Source: an uncultured Nitrososphaerota archaeon (GTDB lineage Archaea > Thermoproteota > Nitrososphaeria > Conexivisphaerales > DTJL01). From it: a DNA stretch of 64,000 nt. Below are positions 41,579 to 50,503 of the stretch, piece after piece. The position numbers and the translations under genes are program-made. The stretch lies in assembly GCA_963842885.1 (NCBI GenBank), contig CAWJIE010000004.1, positions 192,001 through 256,000 of the forward strand. Reading direction: 5' to 3'. The notes beneath the pieces are model-generated. The model was given only the letters and a program-made list of their open reading frames with translations. It did no database searches and was not told the origin of the DNA. Position 1 is the first letter of the stretch. Every line of letters begins with the position of its first letter.

Positions 41579-41722
41579 CGTCATGGTTTCAGAACCTCCC
41601 AAGGGGTTGGAAGGGTCCGCCGAACCCAATAGGCTTATCATCGGCGGCGACGATTGCGCAGGATACACGGCGTCGGGTCGATGCGTGCCACTGAGAAACC
41701 GAGAAGGCCTCCGAAGAGGGCC

Positions 41723-42238
41723 ATGTCCATCACCTCGAAATACGATGTGGACGGCGGAAGCTATGACGCCCTCTACCGCGGCGAACAGACAGCTAAACTA
41801 GAGGCGGCCTTGAAGGCAGGGTGGGCGCCTGGCGAGCGTCTGGTGGATATCGGATGTGGGACGGCGCTCCTGACCAGTCGCCTCGCCAGGGGATGCGACC
41901 TGGCCGTTGGCCTTGACATCTCATCTGGGATGCTCAAAAAGGCGAAGCCACGGAAGAGGGTGGAGCTGGTGCGGGGGGAGGCATCATACCTGCCGTTCCG
42001 GTCCGATAGCTTCACCTCCTGCGTCTGCTTTACATCCTTTCACCATTTCAGGCGAAAGCTGCAGGCGATTGATGAAATGGCCGGCCTAGTGAACCACGGA
42101 GGCTCTATCGTGTTCTCGCTGCTCTCAAGAGGGGGGGAGCCCAACGACGAGCTGAGGATCAGGCGCAGCCGAAGACTTGAAATCAGAAGCAGACTCACCG
42201 CGGGCAACGACTCCCTGCTCATCATGAGACGATTGTAG
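41723..42238 (+). CDS. Class I SAM-dependent methyltransferase
   Basis: YDALYRGEQ, VDIGCGT, GLDISSGML, LPFRSDSF. Confidence 0.85.
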   Translation: MSITSKYDVDGGSYDALYRGEQTAKLEAALKAGWAPGERLVDIGCGTALLTSRLARGCDLAVGLDISSGMLKKAKPRKRVELVRGEASYLPFRSDSFTSCVCFTSFHHFRRKLQAIDEMAGLVNHGGSIVFSLLSRGGEPNDELRIRRSRRLEIRSRLTAGNDSLLIMRRL

Positions 42239-42302
42239 GCCGCCTCTCAAACCAACAACTTTAAATCGAATACAGAGAGCGAAAAGGCCAGAGTAGAGAG
42301 CC

Positions 42303-42863
42303 TTGACATTCTGCACAAAATGCGGCAGCGAGATTCCGGCAGGGGCGATGTACTGCGTAAAGTGCGGGAATCCTGTGCAGACGACCGGGGCGCCACAACA
42401 GCCTTCGCCGCCTCCTTCCAGCTGGCAGGGCCGGAGGGATGAAAGGAGGGCATACAGGCGACAAGAGAAGCAAGAGAAGAACGAGAAAGGAGAGAAGCAT
42501 GAGAAGGGGGAGAAGCATGAGAAGGGAGGGATGGAGGGCGCCCTGATCGGCGGAGTCTTGCTGATCTTCTTGGGTGTGGCATCCTACTTGTCCCATTACG
42601 GCTACTTCGGCTCGGGCCGTTGGTGGGCTCTTCTGCTGGTGGCGCTGGGCATCGTATTGATCGCCCAGGACCTCTACTACATTGTCAAGGGCGCACGTAG
42701 GGGAGCCGGGATCATAGGCGGGCTGATACTTGCATCCATAGGCTACGCTCTTTACGCCGACATAAGTTACTGGTGGCCCCTCATACTCGTGGCGATAGGG
42801 GTAGGCATCATAGCTTTGGCGATCCTCGATCGCTCGAGGAGCCCGGCACCTCGGCCCCTCTAG
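42303..42863 (+). CDS. Zinc-ribbon membrane protein with (xEK)n repeat
   Basis: FCTKCG...YCVKCG, QEKQEKNEKGEKHEKGEKHEK, four TM helices. Confidence 0.8.
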   Translation: MTFCTKCGSEIPAGAMYCVKCGNPVQTTGAPQQPSPPPSSWQGRRDERRAYRRQEKQEKNEKGEKHEKGEKHEKGGMEGALIGGVLLIFLGVASYLSHYGYFGSGRWWALLLVALGIVLIAQDLYYIVKGARRGAGIIGGLILASIGYALYADISYWWPLILVAIGVGIIALAILDRSRSPAPRPL

Positions 42864-43993
42864 GTGGCCCAGGCTGTTGAGATGCGATACAGCATGTGCT
42901 CTAGAATGACGGTGGGTTTGGCGCGCCCAAAGATGCGAAAGTAGTTGGGTCCTAAACACTCCACCATGTCACCGATGTCGTACCTCGGGAAGACCGGGGT
43001 GGAGACTACAAGGCGCCCCCATTGGCCGCGTTTCATCTCGTGGAGTGGCAGGACCCGCCCTCCGGTCTTCACTTCGAAGACGTATGAATCATAGTTGGGA
43101 ACGATGTATGGATATGAATCCAGCTGCTGGCCGAACACTCCCTCTGTGGCCGAGTACATCTCGCGTACGGGGGCTGGCCCGAATAGGCGTTGGAGCTGAG
43201 GGCCGTAGACCGAGTGGATCTTCGCGACGCTGGTGCAGAACAGGGCTTTCATCTTCCACATCTCCGAAGGTGGGCGTCCATGGTGGCTCCTGACATACCG
43301 GGCGAAGGACAGGATGACAGGCGAGACGCCCATGACCGCCACGACGGGCAGGTCTTTCGTGTCATCGTAGACCGACTCGAACCTCCTCCGCCAGTCCTCC
43401 TTGGTGATGCCTGGGCCCAGGGAGTCTATCGATTCCTGCGAAGGCACCAGGCCTCCGGTGCCAAGCGTGGGTTTGAGCCTCGCGTAAGTGCCGGAGCTGT
43501 AGCCGTATCGGATGATTCCCGCAGGGGTCGACGCCTGAGTGACGATTGATGGGAAGTTGAGGTTCAGTATATGGCCCTCGACGAGCGAAACGTCGTCGGT
43601 CCTGTAGGCCTGACAGATGAGCTCTCTCGCCCCGCATTCGAAGACCCTGTCGAGGTGCGCCTGCGTGCAGGGAACGACCTTTGGCTTCCCGCTCGTGCCC
43701 CGCGTCATCACGTAAGCCAGAGGCTGGCTGGAGCAAAGGTATGCTGGATTGCCCTGCATGGCACGCTGGACCATCGGAGCGTACTGGTCGTATCCCATGA
43801 TGGGGAAGGCCTCGTTGAAATCTGCCATAGAAGAAATGCTGCCGGCACCCCTTTCCCGACCGTACCCGGTCTTGCTGTACTCTCCTAGAAGAGCGCGCAG
43901 CGCCCCCTCTTGAGCCGCGGCTGGATCGCGAAGCGAATCGAACCAGCTAGACAACAGCTGCTCGAGTATCTGTCTCTGAAAGGTCATTGGCAC
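42860..43993 (-). CDS. GH3 family (ANL superfamily) adenylating enzyme, short form
   Basis: AAAQEGALRALL, TRGTSGKPKVVP, YSATEG, PRYDIGD. Confidence 0.8.
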   Translation of the reverse strand: MPMTFQRQILEQLLSSWFDSLRDPAAAQEGALRALLGEYSKTGYGRERGAGSISSMADFNEAFPIMGYDQYAPMVQRAMQGNPAYLCSSQPLAYVMTRGTSGKPKVVPCTQAHLDRVFECGARELICQAYRTDDVSLVEGHILNLNFPSIVTQASTPAGIIRYGYSSGTYARLKPTLGTGGLVPSQESIDSLGPGITKEDWRRRFESVYDDTKDLPVVAVMGVSPVILSFARYVRSHHGRPPSEMWKMKALFCTSVAKIHSVYGPQLQRLFGPAPVREMYSATEGVFGQQLDSYPYIVPNYDSYVFEVKTGGRVLPLHEMKRGQWGRLVVSTPVFPRYDIGDMVECLGPNYFRIFGRAKPTVILEHMLYRISTAWAT

Positions 43994-44012
43994 GGCGACG
44001 CCGCCCGCATGG

Positions 44013-44531
44013 TCAGCTGGCGGCCTTAAGCTCCTTCTCCAGCTGGGCTATCTTCCACTCGATGGAGGTCACGTCCTTGCCGTTGTCATAGTTTCTGAGC
44101 TCGTTGCCGCATTCGGGGCACCGGAAGGAAAGGTCCATCGCGTCGTCAAACGTCCTCTTCTTACAGGTCTGAGTTCCACAGAAGAAGAATTGGTTACCTG
44201 ATTCATAGTCTAGGCGCTGCCTGAGCCTGCCGAGTATCTTCCTCTTCTTGTTGTTGAGGAACGCCTCCACCTGATCGGTCTGCGCCCTCCACTGATACAC
44301 GTACCACCCCCTCTTCGGGTCCTTGACGCGGATGCCCGTGATCAGGGATTTGCCGAACAGGTCGTAGAGGACGCGCCGCACGACGTTGATCTTGAGGCCC
44401 GTCGCGCTGGCGATCTCCTCGTCGGTGGCGTTCTCATTATTCAGAAGGGCACGCGCCACCTTGACATACTCCTCTCCGCCTAGCAGACCTGACACCTTGA
44501 CGAAAGAGTCTTCGTACTGTAGTTTCTTCAA
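44013..44531 (-). CDS. tfe: Transcription factor E alpha
   Basis: TDEEIASATGLKINVVRRVLYDL, GWYVYQW, TFDDAMDLSFRCPECG. Confidence 0.92.
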   Translation of the reverse strand: MKKLQYEDSFVKVSGLLGGEEYVKVARALLNNENATDEEIASATGLKINVVRRVLYDLFGKSLITGIRVKDPKRGWYVYQWRAQTDQVEAFLNNKKRKILGRLRQRLDYESGNQFFFCGTQTCKKRTFDDAMDLSFRCPECGNELRNYDNGKDVTSIEWKIAQLEKELKAAS

Positions 44532-44614
44532 GAAGCAATTCTCCTGTAATTGGGGTAGTGTCTAAAGGGCATCGATAGACTTTAAAACCTTACCATTTCC
44601 CTTCTTCTCAAATC

Positions 44615-45154
44615 TTGCCCAAGCTCTGTGTATTCAGGCTCGCCCACCGGCCCAGCAGGGACAAGAGGGTCACGACACACTGCGCCCTCGTCGCCAGGGC
44701 CTTTGGTGCCGCCTCGATGGTCTTCTCCGGCGAGGCCGACGACGAGCTCATCGCCAGGGTGGACAAGGTGGCGGAGAGCTGGGGAGGGGATTTCTCAGCT
44801 TCGTATGAGCCGCGGTGGGAGGCTTTCATCAAGGAATGGAGGAGGGGAGGCGGGATCGTGGTTCATTGCACCATGTACGGCGAGAGGATACAAGACAGAA
44901 TCTCCTCTATCAGGCGGGCTGCCAAGACGCATGACATCTTGGTGGTCGTCGGTGGAGAGAAGGTCCCAGGGACGATGTACAGGCTTGCGGACTACAACAT
45001 CGCGGTGACCAACCAGCCTCATTCCGAAGTGGCGGCGCTGGCCATCTTCCTCGACAGGTTCCTGGGAGGGAAGGAGTTGGAGCTGGAGCACAAAGGCGCG
45101 AAGTTCAGGATCGTGCCTCAGAAGGTCGGCAAGAAACTACTCGTCGGCAACTGA
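44615..45154 (+). CDS. tRNA (cytidine(56)-2'-O)-methyltransferase, aTrm56
   Basis: RDKRVTTHCALVARAFGA, VHCTMYG, GGEKVP, NQPHSEVAALAIFLDR. Confidence 0.93.
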   Translation: MPKLCVFRLAHRPSRDKRVTTHCALVARAFGAASMVFSGEADDELIARVDKVAESWGGDFSASYEPRWEAFIKEWRRGGGIVVHCTMYGERIQDRISSIRRAAKTHDILVVVGGEKVPGTMYRLADYNIAVTNQPHSEVAALAIFLDRFLGGKELELEHKGAKFRIVPQKVGKKLLVGN

Positions 45155-46408
45155 TTTCGAAGCAACGGCGTTCTCCTGCCTGAGCTCATCGATGGCCCAC
45201 TCCGGCCCGAGGACGATTAGGTGGACCTTCCCATCCTCGGCTACCGTCTCCTTGACCGTCACCACGTTGCCGAAGAACTTCGCCTTCTGTGAGATGGAGG
45301 AAGCCTTCTCCTGAGGGAGTATCAGGTTGAGCTCTGCGGCCTCCTGGACTCCCGTCTTGATGAGCCGGAGAAGCTCGCCGATTCCCTCTCCGGTCTTCGC
45401 CGAGACCAGCACGACGGCCTGGGCCGATGGTTCCACCATGTCGACCTTCCTCCTCGCCTCCTCCATCCCCACAAGGTCCACCTTGTTCATCACGAGGATG
45501 GTCTTGTGAGGGGAGACGTTGAGATCCGCCAGCGTGTTCATGCAGGTTTCGTATTTCACCTGGAATCTCTCATCGAGGTCGCTCACGTCAACTATCAGGA
45601 GCACAAGGTCAGCGTAGGTCAGCTCCTCGAGAGTGGACTTGAAGGCCTCTATCATATAGTGAGGGAGGCGGCTGATGAATCCCACGGTGTCGGAGAGCAG
45701 GAGGGGGAGTTCGTCTATCTCGAGGCGCCTCGTCGTGGTAGAAAGGGTGCTGAACATCTTCCCCAGGACGAGTTGGTTCTCCCCCACCAACCTGTTGAAC
45801 AGGGTGGTCTTACCTGCTGCCGTGTAACCGGAAAGAGAGACGATGGAGAGGTGGCTCTTGGCCCGTTCCTCCCTGAATACCTCCCTGCGTTTCTTCAGGA
45901 CCGCCAGCTTCCGCCGCGTGGAGTCCAGGCGGCCCTTGATGTTCCGGTAGTATTTCTCCACCTCATAGCTGCCAAAGCCGAACATGCCCGGTTGCTCACC
46001 CATCCTGACAAACCGCACATAGTCACGCACCCTGGGGAGCTCGTAGGTCAGCTCGGCGGCCTTAATCTGGAGGACGGCCTCTTGGGTGGTGGCCCTGGCC
46101 TTGAAAATCTCGAGGACCAGCTTCTCCCTGTCTAGGATTTCGCAGTTGCAGTGCTTGCTGAGATTGTAACTCTCTTGCGCTGACAGCTTGTCGTCGACGA
46201 TGACGTGGGTGGCATGGAAGTCTGCCACGGCCTGCTTCGCCTCGTCGGCCTTCCCTTCACCTACGCCGAATTTCCCATGCCTGAGCTGACGCATCAGGAT
46301 CACGTGGACCGGCTGGTATCCGCCTGCGACACACAGGCCCTTCGCTTCCTCAATGCTGTCGGGATACTTGTAGGAGATGAGAACGGCTGGTGTCAGCAGC
46401 AAAGCCAA
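45137..46408 (-). CDS. hflX: GTPase HflX
   Basis: VGEGKA, LVLEIF, GYTAAGKTTLFN, FSTLSTT, DTVGFI, FKSTLEE, NKVD, SAKTG. Confidence 0.92.
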   Translation of the reverse strand: MALLLTPAVLISYKYPDSIEEAKGLCVAGGYQPVHVILMRQLRHGKFGVGEGKADEAKQAVADFHATHVIVDDKLSAQESYNLSKHCNCEILDREKLVLEIFKARATTQEAVLQIKAAELTYELPRVRDYVRFVRMGEQPGMFGFGSYEVEKYYRNIKGRLDSTRRKLAVLKKRREVFREERAKSHLSIVSLSGYTAAGKTTLFNRLVGENQLVLGKMFSTLSTTTRRLEIDELPLLLSDTVGFISRLPHYMIEAFKSTLEELTYADLVLLIVDVSDLDERFQVKYETCMNTLADLNVSPHKTILVMNKVDLVGMEEARRKVDMVEPSAQAVVLVSAKTGEGIGELLRLIKTGVQEAAELNLILPQEKASSISQKAKFFGNVVTVKETVAEDGKVHLIVLGPEWAIDELRQENAVASKSVADE

Positions 46409-46416
46409 TCACCCCT

Positions 46417-46833
46417 TCACGAGGAGTCCGTTTCGAAGAGGCGGATCTTCATCAGATTCTCGAGCTTCTTGGCGAGGGCGACGCTGGGCTTCAGCTTCCC
46501 GCTCTCGAGCTTTCCCACGACGGACGACTTCTCGTTGACCTTCATCCCCAGCTGCTCCTGGGTCAGCCCGGACGACTCCCGAGCCTTGCGGAGGACGGCT
46601 GCGTAGTCCTCCCGGAGCACCAGCTCGTCATCGGGCACGACGGCAGCCTGCCTCCTGTAGATGTGCATGGTGGTCTCTGATGGGCCCCGAGGGGGAGCTG
46701 AGACAGGAATGGCCTCCCTTGCCGGCCTCCCCAGCCTGGAACACCTGCCGCAGGCTACCATAATGGCTCCATCGATTTCAATGCGGTGGCTCTCGCCCAT
46801 GATGTTGCCACCGCAGATTTCACACTTGGCCAT
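46417..46833 (-). CDS. mbf1: Multiprotein bridging factor aMBF1
   Basis: CEICG zinc ribbon plus Cro-HTH LRKARESSGLTQEQLG...KLESGKLKP; next to hflX. Confidence 0.9.
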   Translation of the reverse strand: MAKCEICGGNIMGESHRIEIDGAIMVACGRCSRLGRPAREAIPVSAPPRGPSETTMHIYRRQAAVVPDDELVLREDYAAVLRKARESSGLTQEQLGMKVNEKSSVVGKLESGKLKPSVALAKKLENLMKIRLFETDSS

Positions 46834-46896
46834 AACTCCTCGTCGTTCAATGCTCCCTCTTCTTTAATAAAGCTACTAGAGTTAACCGAACGCGTC

Positions 46897-47409
46897 ATGA
46901 GAGCCGACAGGCTACAGCTGGAGGCTTCCTTTGAGTACTTCTATGGGGAAGGGGTGGCAAGGCATCTCCCTTGGAGCAGGATCACATGCATCAGGTCTCG
47001 GAAGAGCCAGAGGATGAAGAAGGCCCTACTCGACGACCGGCTGTTGGCGACTGTGAGGGAGGACGGCAGCATCGCGTACACGCTGGAATGCGCGAAATAC
47101 CTGATGAAGAGTGCGGCCTTCAGGGAGAGCTGCATAGTCGTCAACGATGACGCTGCGCAGTTCGTCGTGAGGGGGAAATCGCTCTTCTCCAAGCATGTGC
47201 TCAGTGTGGGCGCCAACGTCAAACCCGGTCTGGAGGTCTGTCTGCTGGATGGGAAGGGGGAGCTCCTAGCTGTCGGCAAGGCCATACTTCCCAGGGGCTA
47301 CATGGGAAGGATGCAGAGCGGGGCTGCGGTGCGAGTGCGAGAGGGGACCCGTTCTACAGCTGCAGGAAAGGATTTAAGAGCCGAAACGGGGAAGGCAACT
47401 CTGACTTGA
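46897..47409 (+). CDS. PUA domain RNA-binding protein (resembles ArcTGT C-terminal domains)
   Basis: LLATVREDG, GKSLFSKHV, ELLAVGKA, AVRVREG. Confidence 0.8.
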   Translation: MRADRLQLEASFEYFYGEGVARHLPWSRITCIRSRKSQRMKKALLDDRLLATVREDGSIAYTLECAKYLMKSAAFRESCIVVNDDAAQFVVRGKSLFSKHVLSVGANVKPGLEVCLLDGKGELLAVGKAILPRGYMGRMQSGAAVRVREGTRSTAAGKDLRAETGKATLT

Positions 47410-47738
47410 TGGACAACAGGCAGGCCCGGAGAATGATGGAGCGGATGGGCCTGAACATGAACGAAATCAAAGATGTGAAAGAGGTAGTCATTCTCACATC
47501 AGAGAAGGAGATCCATCTGGAGAAGGCGTCGGTCTTCGAAATCAAGGCCAAGGACACGCGCGTCTTTCAGGTCACAGCGGAGAATGTCACGGAGAAGACC
47601 ATCGCCGCTCCGAAATTCACCGAAGAGGACGTCTCCCTAGTGGTAACGAGCGCCAACGTCAGCCGGGAGAGGGCCATCTCGGCACTAGAGGAGACCGGCG
47701 GCGACATAGCGCTCGCCATCCTACGCCTGAAGCCATAG
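47406..47738 (+). CDS. nac: Nascent polypeptide-associated complex protein
   Basis: RRMMERMGLNMNEIKDVKEVVI, EEDVSLV, ALEETGGDIALAI (UBA). Confidence 0.9.
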   Translation: MMDNRQARRMMERMGLNMNEIKDVKEVVILTSEKEIHLEKASVFEIKAKDTRVFQVTAENVTEKTIAAPKFTEEDVSLVVTSANVSRERAISALEETGGDIALAILRLKP

Positions 47739-47762
47739 GCCGCGGAACGTTCCTTCCTGGAT

Positions 47763-47857
47763 TGTCAAAACCTGTTGACCTGATGCGTTGAGGCGTCTCC
47801 TGACGGTCGTCGCGTCTCATCGTATGTGGAAAGGGCATTTGTCAACATTGATTAACC
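47763..47857 (+). promoter_or_regulatory. Paired TGTYRACA-like boxes upstream of nrdJ (putative operator)
   Basis: TGTCAAAA-CC-TGTTGACC (47763-47780) and TGTCAACA-TT-GATTAACC (47840-47857), just upstream of an A-rich BRE/TATA-like segment at ~47858-47872. Confidence 0.45.
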
Positions 47858-47921
47858 AAAAACGCTAATAAAGGGCCAAACCATCTGGTGGCGGCTTTTA
47901 AGAGGCTAGTGGTTAAACAGC

Positions 47922-50501
47922 ATGGCGGTCCTTTCGTCAAGAATCAAGTCAGTCCGCAAGCGCGACGGCAGGGTTGTAGCGTATGACAGCAGCAAGATAT
48001 CTGAGGCCATCTGGAAGGCCATCAAGGCCACCGGTGGCAAGGACAGGTCGACGGCCGTCGAACTCTCGCTCAAGGTCAACGAAATCTTGGAGAAGCGGTT
48101 CGGGGAGGGGGCCGTGCCTTCTGTCGAGGATGTGCAGGACGCCGTCGAGCATGTTCTGATAGAGGGAGGATATGCCAAGACCGCCAAGGCCTACATACTC
48201 TACCGCCAGAAGAGGGCCGAAATCCGCGAGGAGAAGATGAAGATCCTCGAGAAATCGGACATCGACGAAGTAGACAAGAGCTTCGATAGCAACGCCCTCA
48301 AGGTCCTCAGGGCGCGATATCTGCGCAAGGATGAGAACGGCCATGTCTTGGAGTCGCCCAAGGAGCTCTTCATGAGGGTGGCCCTGCACACCGCATTGGC
48401 CAGCATCCTCTACGATCCTAGGGTTTTCGACGTCAAGGGAGGACAGCCCACAAAGGAGGCCCCTGAAAACGTCGATCTCATGGCGTATGCGGACCTGGGC
48501 GTGGGAAGGTTCAAACTTAACCAGTTCCACGTGGAAGCTCTTCTGCGTGTCTTCAAACGGTTCAACGCCTCCGGGAAGTCCAAGGTGTCGTGGCAGGAGC
48601 TGCTGGAGATGTTCAGGAGAGGGGATTTCACCTCTTACGAGAAAGAGGTGGATGACTACCAGACGCTCATGGTCAGCAAGCATTTCATGCCGAACACTCC
48701 GGCATTGGCCAACTTCGGCAACGTGTTGGGAATGGGCTCGGCCTGCTTCGTACTGGACGTCGCTGACTCCATAGACGACATAATGGAGACGCTGAGGAGC
48801 GCGGCGATAATATTCAAGGCTGGAGGAGGGGTCGGCTACAACTTCTCCAAGCTGAGGCCTGAAGGAGACTTCGTCAAGAGCACGTCGGGCATCGCTTCGG
48901 GTCCCGTCAGCTTCATGCGACTGTTCGACACCATGACCGAAGTGATCAAGCAGGGAGGGATAAGAAGGGGCGCCAACATGGGCATCCTCAACATCAACCA
49001 CCCCGATATCGAGAGCTTCATCAAGGCTAAGGAGGGGAACAAGGCGCTCAGGAACTTCAACATATCCGTCCTCGTACTGGACGATTTCTGGAATTACTAC
49101 AACAAGAACGAACCGTATCCGCTGGTGAACCCCAGGACACATGAAGTGACGCGCTATGTGAACCCCAAGCAGCTCCTCGACATGATCGCTTTCCAGGCGT
49201 GGGAGAGCGCCGAGCCGGGGGTCATCTTCTCCGACAAGGTCAACGAGTTCAACCCCTTCCTCAAGTCGCTCGGCCCCATAGTGACCACCAACCCATGCGG
49301 AGAAGTCCTGCTCTACCCCAATGAGTCATGCAACCTGGGAAGCATCAACGTGGCGGCGTTCACAAAGGAGGACGACGATGGGAACGTCACCTTGGACTGG
49401 GATGGCCTGAGGGACACGGTCGAGATGACGACCAAGTTCCTCGACAACGTGATCGACATCAACCACTACCCTCTCCAGGCTATCGAGGATATAACCCTGA
49501 AGACGAGGAAGATAGGGCTGGGGGTGATGGGGATGGCCGACATGCTCTTCGAGATGGGCGTGGCGTACAACAGCGAGGAAGGGCTCAAGTTCATGGAGCG
49601 GTTGATGGAGTTCGTCAACTACCATTCGAAGAAGGCCTCCATCAAGCTCGCGAAAGAGCGTGGTGTCCTGCCGTCCTTCGAAGATAGCAGCTACAAGGAA
49701 GGGAAGTTGCCGTTCGGAGGTTTTGCGGACCAGTCCTCCTGGCACTTCGACTGGAAGGGGCTGGCGGAGGAGATAGCGCGAGAGGGAGTGAGGAACGGTT
49801 ACACCACCGTCATCGCCCCGACGGGGAGCATCTCGATGATAGCAGGATGCAGCAGCGGCATAGAGCCGGTCTTCGCCCTCGTCTACGAGAAGAATGTATC
49901 GATAGGGAGCTTCTACTACGTTGACACTGCCTTCGAGAAGGCGATGAAGAAGGAGGGTCTCTTCGATGACGACCTCCTCAAGCAGATAGTCTCCAACCAC
50001 GGCAACATAGGGGGCGTGTTCTACCTGCCCGAGAAGATCAAACATGTCTACGTCACGGCCATGGATATCGGCCCTGAAGACCACGTCAGGGCGATTGCGG
50101 CCTTCCAGAAGTGGGTCGACTCCAGCATCTCAAAGACGACAAACCTACCTGCTGAGGCCACCGTGGAAGACGTGAAGAAAGTGTACATGCTCTCCTACGA
50201 GCTGGGATGCAAGGACGTCACGGTGTACAGGGACAAGTCCATAACGAGCCAGGTCTTGCGCACACCGGCGTCAGGAAAGGAGGAGAAGGGTCCTGGGCTG
50301 GCGCCGCAGAAGACCGGTCCCACCCCTCTCGCCGTGCACGCTCCCGTTTCGTCTCCGCTCCAGACCTTCAACGCCCGTCTGAGCTTGGATGGCAAGAACG
50401 GCAGCCTGACCAACTGCCCCTCCTGCAGCACCAAGTTGGAGTTCAAGGAAGGCTGTGCGACATGCCCCGGCTGTGGCTGGAGCCTGTGCGTCAGCGCCTA
50501 G
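47922..50501 (+). CDS. nrdJ: Adenosylcobalamin-dependent (class II) ribonucleotide reductase with N-terminal ATP cone
   Basis: VRKRDGR ATP cone, FMPNTP, SACFV, RRGANMG, TNPCGE, CNLGSIN, APTGSIS, ISKTTN, TVYRD, C-terminal zinc ribbon. Confidence 0.95.
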   Translation: MAVLSSRIKSVRKRDGRVVAYDSSKISEAIWKAIKATGGKDRSTAVELSLKVNEILEKRFGEGAVPSVEDVQDAVEHVLIEGGYAKTAKAYILYRQKRAEIREEKMKILEKSDIDEVDKSFDSNALKVLRARYLRKDENGHVLESPKELFMRVALHTALASILYDPRVFDVKGGQPTKEAPENVDLMAYADLGVGRFKLNQFHVEALLRVFKRFNASGKSKVSWQELLEMFRRGDFTSYEKEVDDYQTLMVSKHFMPNTPALANFGNVLGMGSACFVLDVADSIDDIMETLRSAAIIFKAGGGVGYNFSKLRPEGDFVKSTSGIASGPVSFMRLFDTMTEVIKQGGIRRGANMGILNINHPDIESFIKAKEGNKALRNFNISVLVLDDFWNYYNKNEPYPLVNPRTHEVTRYVNPKQLLDMIAFQAWESAEPGVIFSDKVNEFNPFLKSLGPIVTTNPCGEVLLYPNESCNLGSINVAAFTKEDDDGNVTLDWDGLRDTVEMTTKFLDNVIDINHYPLQAIEDITLKTRKIGLGVMGMADMLFEMGVAYNSEEGLKFMERLMEFVNYHSKKASIKLAKERGVLPSFEDSSYKEGKLPFGGFADQSSWHFDWKGLAEEIAREGVRNGYTTVIAPTGSISMIAGCSSGIEPVFALVYEKNVSIGSFYYVDTAFEKAMKKEGLFDDDLLKQIVSNHGNIGGVFYLPEKIKHVYVTAMDIGPEDHVRAIAAFQKWVDSSISKTTNLPAEATVEDVKKVYMLSYELGCKDVTVYRDKSITSQVLRTPASGKEEKGPGLAPQKTGPTPLAVHAPVSSPLQTFNARLSLDGKNGSLTNCPSCSTKLEFKEGCATCPGCGWSLCVSA

Positions 50502-50503
50502 GG

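Noticed and set aside
47949-50084. Long antisense ORFs within nrdJ (similar ones lie opposite trpS, S2P and tiaS)
   Set aside because: Expected shadow ORFs in high-GC3 genes; no motifs
47922-50501. Intein in nrdJ
   Set aside because: Conserved RNR motifs are contiguous and no intein termini or endonuclease motifs were seen; only a modest insertion after the ATP-cone region
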